The position numbers and the translations under genes are program-made. From contig CM075977.1 of the NCBI GenBank assembly GCA_038087875.1, forward strand, positions 29,264,001 through 29,328,000: a stretch of 64,000 nt of DNA, given 5' to 3'. The notes below the pieces were generated by a model. That model saw only the letters and a program-made list of their open reading frames with translations. It was not told the DNA's origin and ran no database searches. Shown piece after piece: positions 24,759 to 37,748 of this stretch. How positions within the stretch are numbered: position 1 is the stretch's first letter; each line of letters opens with the position of its first letter. Source of the stretch: Malacoraja senta (lineage: Eukaryota).

Positions 24759-25840
24759 GGATTACTCAGAGTTACTCCAGCATTCATGAAGGTGATTGGA
24801 GGGGGTAGAATGTGGGGATTATGTCAGATTGGAAAGTAGTTTGATTCCTGCACTCACATCACAGCACTGTCGCAGGCAGATGATCAATGGAAGCATCGTG
24901 GCACTGCAAACTCATGCTGTACTGCCAATTCACATGCAAATGGCAGCTCTCTCTCACACAGCAGTTGAAGGGCCAAGACATTACTGCTGGTCAGAAGGCC
25001 AGCGGCTCACCCTGCATCGTACTGCAGTGGTACAACATCAGGGATCAGCAGAAAGATCTGAAGATCGTAAGAAATGGAGCAGTCGTCAGCCATTCAACCC
25101 TTCATGGCTGCTCCATTATTCAATGATAAGGCCGACCTTTTACCTCAGAACTACTGCTGCATAATATCAATGAGCTATCTCTTTATACTCAGTCAAACTT
25201 ACTTCAGGGATTGTTCAGCCAACTGCTTTTTAACAGGGTGGGCGCTCACAATGGGGCACCTTTTGTCCCCACGAGGCTGCACACATCAAGTTGCTGCCAG
25301 CTCGCAGATGTAAACAGAAGAGGGAGATCACTCCAGATAGGTTCAACTCCAGACCCTGCAAAGTGCTCCCCTCATTAAAGCAATTCATGGTCTTGAATTG
25401 CTTTAATTTTTACTTGGAATTTAGAGGGAGACCACAACGAATTATCAAGTCCCTGGGAGACTTAAGAGTGGGATACCCCCTGGGTTTTATGGAATAAGCG
25501 GTGCCGTTTGGGAACCATCCCTACAATTGTGTATATTCCAAAATAGTTTGCAAAAATGTGTACAAACATAATAGTTTTCCTAAAATAGCAACACTCGCTT
25601 ATTATAGAGGTTTGAGTCTGCGTACATTCCAACACATTGCTTACAGATTCTGTGAAGCATCAATAAAAGGGGACACATTTATTTTTGTCCATATCCACCC
25701 CTTCAGCATGCACTTCAGAACATTTAACAACACAGACCTTCCAATCACGGGCTTTTTCCATTAGTTGCAATGGACTCTTTAGTTACTCTCAACATACTTC
25801 AGCATCATCAAAATTCACACGCGCTGTAATAAATGGTCAG

Positions 25841-25889
25841 CAAAGTTTGCTTATTTTTGGAACAAAGTTTGCTTATTTTTGGAACAAAG
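25841..25889. repeat. 22-bp tandem duplication
   Basis: caaagtttgcttatttttggaa x2, then caaag. Confidence 0.9.
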
Positions 25890-27169
25890 GGGGAACCAAG
25901 GACCGGGGGAACCACATGCGGTTGACACATTGCGCCAAAATGCAGGCTCCTACCCTGATGTTGCCTATCGCCAGGGGATGATGTCAATCCATTTAACTGG
26001 CCTTGATGGCAACGACTGCATATCAAACCTCTATCCCCAAACTGCATTGCTTCTTTGCTGTTGCTTGCTGGAGCTAAATGAAATTGGACATTATCTTCCA
26101 CACCCAAAGAAGTGTAGGTTTGTGGGTCACCTATCCATGTTCTCCACAGATGCTGCCTGACCTGCTGAGTAAAACCAGCACCTACAGTTCCTTGTTTCTA
26201 CAACAATGTACTTCAGTGACCACCAGTCAAGGTGGGAAATTCTGTTGCTGACTGGCATTAGCACAAAGCGCACGTCATTCTCCTCCACCCCAATGCCAGC
26301 AGTCTTCAAGAATCTCAGTTTTGTTTGGGTGGCACAGTGGCACAGCTGGTAAAACTGCTGCCTTACAGCACAAGATACCTGAGCTTTATTCTGAGCTCTT
26401 ATCCTGAGCTAGTACAAATACAATGGCCCCAATGGCCCCCTGTCATGCATGTGGTTGAAAATGGCTCCGGAAATGTTTTGAAGTGAGGATGTTGGTCCTG
26501 ATGGAAGTAGAAGAAGTGCAGATTAAATGTTCTTCTCATCTTTTGTTGTTTTAACTTCCATTGCGTGGTCACACCCTCCAGATAAAACTCCCAACCAAAA
26601 CTCTTTTTCACAGTTCAAACACTTAACTTTTCAGCACAAGCAGCGGAGGGACTTTCTCCAGCTCACAAGGGAGTTGAGACCATTTATTGAAGCAGATTTG
26701 TGGCCCAAAAAAAGGAAACAGCTCTGGGAAGTGAAGGTTCCACACTGCACTGGCTCACACAGTTGAAAATGTGAAAGGTTAGTTAATAAAAATAAGCCAG
26801 AGCTCTCAGGAAGTTAAGAAACACAATGGGCATTTTAAAGTCTCTTTCTGCAGATGCTAATTGATTGGGGGGGGGGGGGGGGGGGAGGGCAATTATTAAT
26901 TTAAAATCTGAAACTGACAAGCCTTTTATGACGAGAAGACAAGTGCAAAAGGCTTGTTTGCAGATCGAGCAAGTAATTGGGAAAGCTAACAATATATTAT
27001 AGTTTATTAATAGAGGAATTGAATACAGAAGTAGGGAGGTCATGCTTCAGTTATGTAGGATATTGGTGAAACCACAATTGTCTTATTTATTTGAGGAAAG
27101 ATCAGGCAGGCTAAGCTTGCATCTGTTGGAGTTTAGCAGAGTGAGATGGCTTGATTGGAGCAAGGTTTA

Positions 27170-27670
27170 GTGATAATGCATGGAAAAAGGCCCTTTGCCC
27201 GAATGAGTGCTCGCTGACCATCGTTCACCTGTTCCCACTAGTTCTATTTTATCCCACTTTCGCATCCACACCCTACACACTAGGGGCAATTTACAGTGGA
27301 CAATTAACCTACACATCTGCACAATGTCGTGATGTGGAAGGAAACTGGAACACCCAAAGAAAAGGTAGAAACAAAGAACTGCAGATGCTGGTTTACACCA
27401 AAGATAGACGCAAAGTGCTGGAGTAACTCAACAGGTCAGGTGAGAGAAGAAGGGTTCCGACCCCAAACATCACCCATCCTTTTTCTCCAGAGATGCTGCC
27501 TGACCCGCTGAGTTACTCCAGCACTTTGTGTCGGTCTACACCCAGAGAAAACACACGGGGTCACAGAGAGAACGTGCAAACTCCACACAGGCAGCACCTG
27601 AGGTCAGGATTGAACCTGGATATCCGGCGCTATGAGACAGCAGTTCAACCAGCTGCACCACTGTACCAAT
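27170..27670 (-). mobile_element. HE1-type SINE interrupted by a Penelope-like unit
   Basis: SINE halves at about 27170-27363 and 27538-27670; sits inside an old CR1 (about 26890-27980). Confidence 0.75.
27364..27537. mobile_element. Penelope-like inverted terminal-repeat unit
   Basis: 14-bp TSD acaccca(a/g)agaaaa at 27350-27363 and 27538-27551. Confidence 0.75.
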
Positions 27671-27997
27671 TGGAGGGCTCCTGACAGGGTGGAAGTGGAG
27701 AGGATGATTCCCTACTAGGGCCCGTAGTTTAAAATAAGATGTCACCTACGGCAGAGATGAAGCACTATTTTCTCTCTCAGTAGACAGCTCATCTTTGGAA
27801 ACAGTGGAAACAGAATCTTTAAAGCAGCGAGTCGGATTGTGGATAAGCAAGAGCCAACAGCTTACCGTGTGTGGTCGGCAATTCAGAGTTGAGGTTGCAA
27901 TCAGATCAGTTGTGATCTTATTGAAAGGTAGAGCAGGTTTAATGGGCTAATGTATAATACTCCAGCTCCTCACTCGTGTGTGTGTGTGTATATAGAA

Positions 27998-28177
27998 CAG
28001 GTGTTTCCGGTCGAGACCCTTCTTCAGACAGATACCAGGATACGAGTCTGAAGAAGGGTCTCGACCCGAAACATCACCCATTCTTTCTATCCAGAGATGA
28101 TGCCTGTCCAGCTGAGTGACTTCAGCATTTTGTGTCTATCTTTCGTTTAAACCAGCATCTGCAGTTCTTTCGTACAC
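27998..28177 (+). mobile_element. Penelope-like module with short inverted 5' arm
   Basis: ctgaagaagggtctcgacccgaaacatc at 28048-28075, preceded by inverted ggtcgagacccttcttcagac. Confidence 0.7.
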
Positions 28178-28508
28178 CCTACTCTTTTTGGTCTGTTTGT
28201 GATGAGTCACACAAGAGCTGAGTGCCACAGCAGAAGCTCAGCTTGCTACCATGAAACCTCAGACTTCTGCTACTGCCGTCCATTGTACCGCTTTTGAAAG
28301 GGCAGCACAATGCTCCACAAACCCGTGCTCCTGCAGAATACCAGGAACACTGATTTTACTGAGGGGGGTGTCCTTGAAGCATGTAGGGGCTGTCCACTCC
28401 CAGGGTGACAACGTTCCTGATCCCACCAGGAATCAGCATAATATGGATATGCGTTAATACCACCAAGAGCAGTGGGTTTAATATTCAATTGATATTGCAA
28501 TAAGCAAA

Positions 28509-28623
28509 CGAAATGTGTATGAAGGAACTGCAGATACTGGTTTAAACCAAAGGTTGACACAAAATGCTGGAGTAACTCTGCGGGACAGGCAGCGAATGTT
28601 ACTCCAGCATTTTGTGTCTATCT
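28509..28623. mobile_element. Truncated Penelope-like inverted unit
   Basis: Perfect 14-bp TSD ttgcaataagcaaa at 28495-28508 and 28624-28637. Confidence 0.7.
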
Positions 28624-28654
28624 TTGCAATAAGCAAAACTAGTCTTCTGTCTCA

Positions 28655-28875
28655 TTGTAGGGAGGTCGAAGGAGATCGAAGGAGGTCGTCTTCACTCTCC
28701 ACTATTCGGTGTCCAATTTTCCCGAAGCTAGTCGAAGCTAGTCTTCAACATAGTCGAAGGAGGTTGAAGGCGGTCTTCTACATATTCGAAGGAGGCCTTC
28801 AACATGATACTTTTTCAAACTCTCATAAACTCTTCTAAACTCGCCAATTTAGGTCGCCGCAGTGGGACAGCCCCT
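28655..28875. mobile_element. Partial Harbinger-type MITE (right end only)
   Basis: Ends agtgggacagcccct|taa; internal repeated tcgaagg motifs; left TIR not found. Confidence 0.55.
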
Positions 28876-28984
28876 TAAAATTGTTAGTAACAAGTTATGG
28901 ATGTATCCACAACCCTCCAACATACTTCGCTGCAGACCTTGCACTGTTTGTATCTGCACCCTTCACTGTAGTTGCAACACAGGG

Positions 28985-29277
28985 CAATGCCAGAGACCCG
29001 GGTTCAACCCTGTCCTCGGGTGCTGTCTGTGTGGAGTTTGTGCGCTCTCCCTGTGACCTCCCGATGGGTTTCCTCCCGGTGCTCCAGTTTCCTCCCACAT
29101 TACAGAGATGTATGGGCTTGTAGGTGAATGTGCCTCTGTGAATTCCCCCTAGTGTGTAGGGAGTGGATGAGAAAGTGGGATAACATAGAACAAGTGTGAA
29201 TGGGTGATCGATGGTCAGCATGGGGTTGGTGGGCCGAAGGGCCTGTTTCCCTGATACATCTCCAATCTAAACAAAAC
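28985..29277 (+). mobile_element. HE1-type SINE (long-variant subfamily)
   Basis: gggttcaaccc box B; central V-SINE-like body; CR1-type tail. Confidence 0.8.
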
Positions 29278-29547
29278 AATATTTTGTACACTGTTTGTTC
29301 TCTCTTTGCACTAAGTATTGTACTCATGTATAGCTTTAATTGAAATCATGTATAGATGTTTTCTGTCTGGATAGCATGCAAAACTATTTTCACTCGGTAT
29401 AAGTGACAATAAAATTGATACTGTGTTTTTTTGTAAACTGTGCTATTGAAATAAATTACTTATGTCATAAAATTCAGCAAATGCTCCACGTCAGGTTGTA
29501 TGGGGCAATGCGCCTCCATTTTGAGATTGTGGCAAGAATGGCAGGGA

Positions 29548-29855
29548 TTTTAGTTTTTAGTTTAGAGATACAGCTTGGAAATAGGGCCTTCAGCGCACCG
29601 AGTCTGCACCGACCAATGATCCTCCTACACTAGTTTCAACCGACACACTGAGGATCATTTTTTACAGAAACCAATTACCCTACAAACCTGCCCATCTTTG
29701 GAATGTGGGCGGAAACCAGAGCACACAGAGAAAACCCACGTGGCCACAGGGAAAACATGCAAACTCCGTACAGACAGCACTGGTAGTCAGGATCTAACCA
29801 GGGTCTCTGGCGCTGTGAGGCAGCAACGCTACCGTTGTACCAATGTGCCACCCTG
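29548..29855 (-). mobile_element. HE1-type SINE
   Basis: Full-length reverse copy with (tttag)n tail. Confidence 0.8.
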
Positions 29856-30502
29856 ATCTGGACAGCTCATTTCTTTATGAAGGGGGAGACCTTTGCATTT
29901 ATGTAGTTCCTTTCACAATCTCAGGAAGCCTCACAATCAATCTGGTGTGTCTGGTGTGGTCACTGTCACAGCCACAGCCACAATCACTCACACTCAACAG
30001 GGATGATAACTCAGGGAAAGATGGACCTAAAACTGCTAAGTGGTTTCGCTCCCCATTCTTCACCTTTTCTTTCTCTCTCTTGGAGGGTAATGGACAGGAA
30101 AAACATGGCAGCCTTATTAAATCCAAAAAACATCTTAAAACAATAATGGATTCCAGTAAATTTGTCCACTTCCTGAAACAGTAGCTACTGTAAAAATCCC
30201 CATCTGTTCTGGCAAAAAAACTATGTGAGGGAACACTGTGGGTGAATTGTACCTCCAAAGTATTACAATTCCTGACATTTAGCTTGGAAGAAGTGGGACA
30301 TTGGCAATCTCTCCTTATTCTATCATTAAAATAACACAGCCTTCCTAATCTTCACTTTCATTCTTTGCAAACACAGCTAACAGTTAGCTTCAAACCAAAA
30401 TGCAAACATAGAAATTACTAATGGTGGCCAACAACATTGTGCCATAGTTAAACAAAGTCCTCCATTGGATGCAGGCCTGACAGAGAGACATATAAAGAGA
30501 CA

Positions 30503-31055
30503 NNNNNNNNNNNNNNNNNNNNNNNNNNNNNNNNNNNNNNNNNNNNNNNNNNNNNNNNNNNNNNNNNNNNNNNNNNNNNNNNNNNNNNNNNNNNNNNNNN
30601 NNNNNNNNNNNNNNNNNNNNNNNNNNNNNNNNNNNNNNNNNNNNNNNNNNNNNNNNNNNNNNNNNNNNNNNNNNNNNNNNNNNNNNNNNNNNNNNNNNNN
30701 NNNNNNNNNNNNNNNNNNNNNNNNNNNNNNNNNNNNNNNNNNNNNNNNNNNNNNNNNNNNNNNNNNNNNNNNNNNNNNNNNNNNNNNNNNNNNNNNNNNN
30801 NNNNNNNNNNNNNNNNNNNNNNNNNNNNNNNNNNNNNNNNNNNNNNNNNNNNNNNNNNNNNNNNNNNNNNNNNNNNNNNNNNNNNNNNNNNNNNNNNNNN
30901 NNNNNNNNNNNNNNNNNNNNNNNNNNNNNNNNNNNNNNNNNNNNNNNNNNNNNNNNNNNNNNNNNNNNNNNNNNNNNNNNNNNNNNNNNNNNNNNNNNNN
31001 NNNNNNNNNNNNNNNNNNNNNNNNNNNNNNNNNNNNNNNNNNNNNNNNNNNNNNN
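30503..31055. other. Assembly gap (553 N)
   Basis: Run of N. Confidence 1.
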
Positions 31056-31997
31056 CTAAAGGTGAAGAGGGAAGGAGAAAACAAGCACACCAGCCATTGC
31101 TATTACTGCCTACTCTCCAATGCAGTACACAGCCAATGAAAATAGGTCAAAAGGAAGCAATGAGATCAGGAAGCCCAATGAATTACTTGTCTGTGTCCTT
31201 GTCACAACCAATTATGGAAAAATTAAGAAAATGCATTAAAAATCTTAGAAATGCCTTACTATAAAGAGCTGTGGATACTTGGGCAATGAGATCCTGAGAT
31301 CAATAGAGTGTTCCACGCTGAAGAAATTTAATAACATGGGCAACAGCTAGGAGACTTTTGGAGATCCTTCAGAATTGCGGAACTGACTTGAGAGGCCGTT
31401 TCCTACTCCAACTTCTTAAGGTTTTATGTATGCCATTTGAGCAACCACAGTGTGTTTCATGAAGATCTGTGGAGTGCCAAACTGCCAAGCAATCTTTGAC
31501 AAGGGTGTCTTGAATCTCCTGGTCTCTTGTCACACTCTCTTACAAGTGCTTCAATAACCATACACACACTTGATGATCTGTGAGAATTTGCCATCATTTG
31601 ATCCAAACAAACAAGGCTCAGCAACGAGTTCACCTCTGTGACAGAGAAGGAAAACTACTCTCAAGGACCTGCTTCCATTTTCTTTCCGGTAAGCAGGTCT
31701 GCAAAGAAGCCTGAATGAGCTATTACAGTGCATCCTATCCACACCACTTACTATGACCACAGTGCACCGGCCACAGGTGGGTCCTGATTAAGCAGACTGC
31801 TTCACCCCTAATGCAGAGCTTCTTAAAGATTTTGAGGCTAAACAGCAGGATGTATCCCATTGCACTGGGGACACAAGAAACCATAGATGCTGGAATCTTG
31901 AGCAAAACACAAAGTGCTGGAGGGCTAAAGTAGGGTCAGAAGAAAGTTCCCGGCCTAAAATGTCACCTATCCATTCCCCTCCCCAGACACTACACAT

Positions 31998-32245
31998 AAT
32001 CTATCCCCTCTGGCATTTGATTTTATTCCCATCCTAGGAAAAAAGTCCTGACTGTCTACCTTATCTACGCCTCTCATAATTGTATATACTTTTATCAGGT
32101 CTCCCCACAGCATCCGGCGTTCCAGAGAAAACAATCCAAGTCTGACCAACCACTCCCTGTAACTAATTCCCTCTAATCTAGGCATCATTCTGGTAAACAT
32201 CCTCTGCAACTTCTCCAAAGCCTTCACATCCTTCCTGCAATGGGA
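31998..32245 (-). mobile_element. CR1 ORF2 C-terminal fragment
   Basis: RKDVKALEKLQRMFTRMMPRLEGISYREWLVRLGLFSLERRMLWGDLIKVY. Confidence 0.85.
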
Positions 32246-33919
32246 CATTTTAGTAATGGGTCTAATGTGTTTGCAACATTGGGCTTCGTCATATTTTCTC
32301 TCTTCTTCATGTCCAGATGCAGTCTCTATAAGAATAGAAGGAATTACCAGAGGTCCAGGAACACAATGTGGTGATGCAATAGGCTGAATCAAAAGAAGAC
32401 TAAATTAAATATTTCCTCTTAAAAACCAGCAGACACAGCAAATGTTACAGCAACAGTGGTTTATCACAGACATCAGCTATTTCCGTTATCCTGGTGCATC
32501 AGCAACATAGAATTGTTACTCAAACCATAATTATTATTAAGGCTTACTATGTGATGTAGGAAATTCTGAAAATTAAAAGAAAGATAGCCTGTAATAAGTT
32601 TAACTCGAGAGTTTGTGTACTGGGACAACACAATGGGAAAAGAGGCTGACTGTTAAGGATGTTAGGAGAGATGATAAATAGATAGATCAGATGTAAATTC
32701 TACATATAACAGGAAACAGGAGGGTAAACGTTGATCAATGGTGAATTGGTTCAAAGGTGTAAAAGCCACATGTAACCATTGTGTCTTGGTAAGGTAAAAA
32801 TGCTGTGCGTGCTATGAATCTTTGAAACACTTTGGGTTCTCTCAGAGTGTTCTCCAGTGCGCAAAATCAACCGACTTGTTTGAAAAACTCACCACAGCTC
32901 TACGAGATGTTCTTTGCGTCTATTCCTATCTGAGCTATAATTAAGAGGGCCACTGGGCCCCGTGTGAAGCCGGATTGAGGGTACAGGTACACAAAATTCC
33001 CTCCAACACTATGATAATGTTCAACATTATGATAAAGGGGGAAATCTGGTAAACGGAGTTATCATTACATCAGCTTGGTCTGAACAACTTGCTATTTGGT
33101 CAAACTGGCTTTGCTAAATGCCAGTATGTTTTTCAACTCCTGGAATAAATAATGGAGCACGTGTCTACAGGCAAAAGGTAAAACATAGTTAACATTTAAA
33201 AAGACTAAGCCCAGTATTTATTTTGGACTGTGCCACAAATGGTTAGTTGCTCCAAATACACAGGCATGGTAGAAGTTGTGATTTTTGCGCCTGTCCCCAG
33301 TTCCACATTGTATTCATCATTAACAGCAAGAGTTGTTACAATCTGAAAAAAATCACTGTTAAATTCCTCAGAGTAATGCAGAAATACAAAAAGAGATATC
33401 AACTTAAGCAAGCTTGAATCATTGCATAAATACAAAAATTATAGATTTTTAAAATAAATTCAAAAGATATTTTAAAAATGAGACACGTGTGCAGCTACCA
33501 CTGTAATTTATTTTCAATTTAGCAGTGACTTGTCATGAACAGCTTCTTTTCATATGCTAAGTGTTGTATTCCTAATCTTCCAATCTATCTTGTTTTGTCC
33601 CATTAACTAATTTAATCTGCTCTTTCTTTGCAGTCATGACACAATGTTCTACACTGTTTCATTTCTCTTTTTGCAATATCCATTGTATGTTGTATGCTAT
33701 GATTGTACACATGTGTTGTTCAGTTCAGATTGTTCAGTTTTAGTTTATTGTCACATGTACCGAAGTACAGTCAATAGCTTTTGTTGCGTGCTATCCAGTC
33801 AGTAGAAAGACAATACATGACGTAGTATGATTTGCCTGGATAGTGCGTAAAATATTATTTTCATCGTATCTCAGTACACGTAAAAATAATAAACCAATAC
33901 CCAATACGCAAAGGTCACC

Positions 33920-34080
33920 TTGAATCAATGCATTTGAATCAATGCATTAATATAAAAGTGATCTTCAACCGATACATTAATGCCAAAGTGAGCAATGAAT
34001 CAATGAATTAACACAAAAGCAAACAGAATCAATGTATTAATGCAAATTCCATCTTAAATCAAAGCATTAATACAAAGTGA
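33920..34080. repeat. Degenerate ~29-bp minisatellite with aatcaatgcattaat core
   Basis: About 6 diverged copies of (g)aatcaatgcattaat..aaa. Confidence 0.6.
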
Positions 34081-34328
34081 TTCTGCCTATCAGAAAAGGG
34101 CCAGAAGTGATGCAATATTACTTTTCTGTTCTTTCACCATCCTTTGATCCTAGAGAGGTTTGATCCTACCTTCTCAAAACAACTGACAAAATTAACATTG
34201 CACGACAGATGTCTGGTGTAACTGCATGAGACCTGGGATAGAAAGCTTCCTCATATCCTTAAATTAAAGCCCCAATTCTTAAAAATATTTACGCTTGTCT
34301 GGTCATTTGACAGATTCTGGTCCTGCTA

Positions 34329-35190
34329 TTTAGTTTAGTTGAGTTTATTGTCACGTGTACCGAGGTACAGCGAAAACCTTTTGTTGCGTGCTAACCAGTC
34401 AGCGTAAAGACTATGCATGATTACAATCGAGCCATCCACAGTACACAAATACACGTTAAAGGGAACAATGCTTATTGCACGATAAAGTCCAGTGAAGTCC
34501 AATTAAACATAGTCTGAGGCTCTCCAATTAGGTAGTTAGTAGTTCAGGACTGCTCTCTAGTTGTTGATAGGATGATTCAGTTGCCTGATAATAGCTGGGA
34601 AGAAATTGTCTCTGAAACTGTCGGTGTGCGTTTTCACACTTCTGTACGTTTTGTTTTCCTGATGGAACAGGGGAGAAAAGGGAGTAACCAGAGTAAGACA
34701 CATCTTTGATTATGTCAGTGGCCTTGCCGTGGCAGTATGAAGTGTAAATAGTGTCAATGGATGGGAGGTTGGTTTGTGTGATGGTCTGCGCTGCGTCCAC
34801 AATTCTCTGCAATTTCTTGTTGTCTTAGATGGAGCTGTACCCAAACTGTGATGCATAAAATGCTTACTATGGCGCATCTGTGGAAGTTCCCGAGAGTTGC
34901 TGGGGACATGCCGAACTTCCTAAGCCTTCTAAGGAAGTAGAGATGTTGGTGTGCTTTCTTGGCCATTGCTTCGATAGGGTAGTGCAGGACAAGTTGCTGG
35001 TAATATTTACTCCATGGAAGCTAAAGCTTTTAACCATCTCTATTTCGGCACCATCAATCCATACCGGGGTATGTATACCGCTTCGCTTCCTGAAGTCGAT
35101 CACTATCTCCCTTGTCTTGCTGACATTGAAAGAAAGGTTGTTGTCTTGACACCAGGTCACGAGGTTCTCAATCTCCTTCCTGTCTCCTCA
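34329..35190 (-). mobile_element. Rex1/Babar-like LINE, 5'-truncated
   Basis: WCQDNNLSFNVSKTREIVIDFRK, KKAHQHLYFLRRLRKFGM, QRIVDAAQTITQTNLPSI; frameshifted. Confidence 0.85.
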
Positions 35191-35828
35191 ATCTTCCTCA
35201 ATCTCCAACTAGGTGGCTAAACAGGAACTGAAAATGACAGCATCGAGGAGGAACTGTGGCATTCTAATTTTACTCATCTGACTGTTCATTCATGAATTTA
35301 CCATTCATAAGGCTCTTTACTCCTGGGGTCAGCTCCATTTCGACAGCGTCAGCTGTTCCTTGCTGAATATCCTAAAACTAAAAAAAACAATTGCTGTTGA
35401 AGCTACATATATACTTCTTGTTTTTATTTTAACATTTTTTGAGTTTATCTAAAGAAATTTTATGAATTGATAAATATTCAATGCATGAATTTCAATATTG
35501 ATACCTTTTTTGTTAACTACTATGAATTAAGCATATATAACATAAAGTCAGTATGCATACTTATAGTTTCATATCTGGACTGGGAACCCACACCAGGGGC
35601 TTTGCACCAGGACATCAAGGGCCGTTGGCCTGATTGCCTGCACAGGGACACCACTTCACATAGTGGTAAGATTGCAAATGTCTAATAAAAATGGGTTAGG
35701 ATTGTACCCTGCCCTGGAGCATGTTCTGACGTTTAAAAGTAATATGATAATTTAACCACGTTGTTTGCATTCATGCTCCTTTATTTAATCAATTAACACA
35801 AGCCCCTGCTTCTTTGTCAGCTTGTGAT

Positions 35829-36113
35829 TTAGTTTGGTTTAGTATAGTTTATTGTCACGTGTACCGAGGTATAATGAAAAGCTTTTGTTGCATGCTAACC
35901 AGTCAGTGGAAAGGGAATGCATGATTACAATCAAGCCATCCAGTGTACAGATACATTATGAAGGGAATAATGTTAATAATGTTTGGTTCAAGATAGTCCA
36001 GGAAAGTCCAATCAAAGATAGTCCGACGATCTCCAATGAGGTAGATAGTAGCTCAGGACTGCTCATTGGTAGGATGGTTCAGTTGCCTGATAACAGCTGG
36101 GAAGAAACTGTCT
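35829..36113 (-). mobile_element. Rex1/Babar-like 3'UTR fragment
   Basis: Homologous to 34329-34615. Confidence 0.75.
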
Positions 36114-36744
36114 GGCCTTGCACAATCCAGTGACATATGAGAGCTCTGCCTCACTGCTGAACAGCTTCTGCTGAGTTCTTGGCTGCTCACACCAGCCACA
36201 GACCACTAAATCAGTGTTCTGGCATGCCCTCACAAAGGGGTCAGCATCAATAAAGGTTACCAGCTGAAACTGCCGTGCCCAACCCAATGGTGTCTGGCCA
36301 AGCCTGGCTCTTCGCCCAACTCCAAACGGCCGGCCAAGCAACCCGTGACTGGACATTGTTCCACCTCTGAACCACACCCTCTTCTTCCCAGGGCTCTGCT
36401 GAATACTATTTCAGTTGAGTCATTTGGGGACAAACACTTGGCATGGGTTGGTCTTGCTGCTTAGAGAACTCTGCTTGGTAGTCAACAAGAGATCTGATCT
36501 GTCATTGTTTCTTATTTTAATTGCCGGCTTCAATTCTGTTTCTTCACTGGTAAACATTTGTGAAAGTGACTATTATTCCATTCAGCTTGGCAGCAACTGC
36601 CTGCTTGCAATACCTTCTGCCCAATAGCCCACCTTTCCAGATTGGATTTTATATCAGAACTTACTTGGACCTCCCTTTCCCACTGTCATGTACATCCTAA
36701 GAACGTAAAGCCAATATCAGATCCCGAGGGGTGATGCTGGGAAG

Positions 36745-37125
36745 AGTTCAGAAGTTCTAGGAGCAAAATTAGGCCATTGGGCCCATCAAGTCTACTTTGC
36801 CATTCAATCATGGCTCATCTATCTTGCCCTCTCAACCCCATTCTCCTTCCTTCTCCGCATAACACCTGACACCCTTACTAATCAAGAATCTGTGAATCTC
36901 CGCCTTAATAATATCCATTGACGGCCTTCACAGCCTTTTGTGGCAATGAATTCCACAGATTTACCACCCTCTGAGTAACAGAAGTTTAAAGACACTTGGA
37001 CAGGTACATGGATAGGAAAGGTTTAGAGGGATAGGGGCCAAACGCATGCAAATGGGACTAGTGTAATGGAGCATCTTAGCAGCATGGGCTATTAGGACCA
37101 AGGGCCTGTTTCCCTGCTGTATACT
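36745..37125. mobile_element. Two back-to-back CR1 3' fragments (minus, then plus)
   Basis: CR1 3'UTR motifs on both strands, meeting near 36980. Confidence 0.7.
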
Positions 37126-37467
37126 TCTTTGTTGTTTGAAAAGTGGGTCTAGCAAGTGTATGGCTGTTAATGCAAGTATGTCAAAACATAAAGTGCTGGA
37201 GTAAATCAGGGAGTTAGGCAGCATCAATCAAAGCAATCCATAGGTGACGTTTTGGGTTGGGGCCCTTATTCAGACATTGTAGGGAGGGGGGGAAATTGGA
37301 AAAAAGAAGTGGGATGGGCCAAAGCCCCACCTCCCATCCCTGAGTCCCTCATTTACATATTATCCCTTCCCTTTCCCCTACTCCCGTCCCCTTTCACCAA
37401 CATCCCTCTCTCTGGTTTGACATTTCTCTCCTCTTCTCTCTTGAGGACCACTTTTGAGTCCTTCTCA

Positions 37468-37748
37468 TTTCTAATCTTAAGGGATTGGACAGGCTAGATG
37501 CAGGACAATTTTTCCTCATGTTGGGGGTGTCCAGAACCCGGGGCCACTTTAAGAATAAGGGGTAGGCCATTTAGGACAGATGAAGAAAAACATTTTTCAA
37601 TCAGAGAGTTGTGAATTTGTGGAATTCTCTGCCACAGAAGGCAGTGGAGGCCAATCCACTGGATTTTTTCAAGAGAGAGTTAAATTTAGCTCTTAGGGCT
37701 AATGGAATCAAGGGATATGGGGAAAAAAGCAGGAACGGGGTACTGATT
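37468..37748 (+). mobile_element. CR1 3' fragment
   Basis: NLWNSLPQKAVEANPLDFFKRELNLAL...GYGEK. Confidence 0.85.

Noticed and set aside
30377-31139. 237-aa and 224-aa ORFs
   Set aside because: Artefacts of the N gap.
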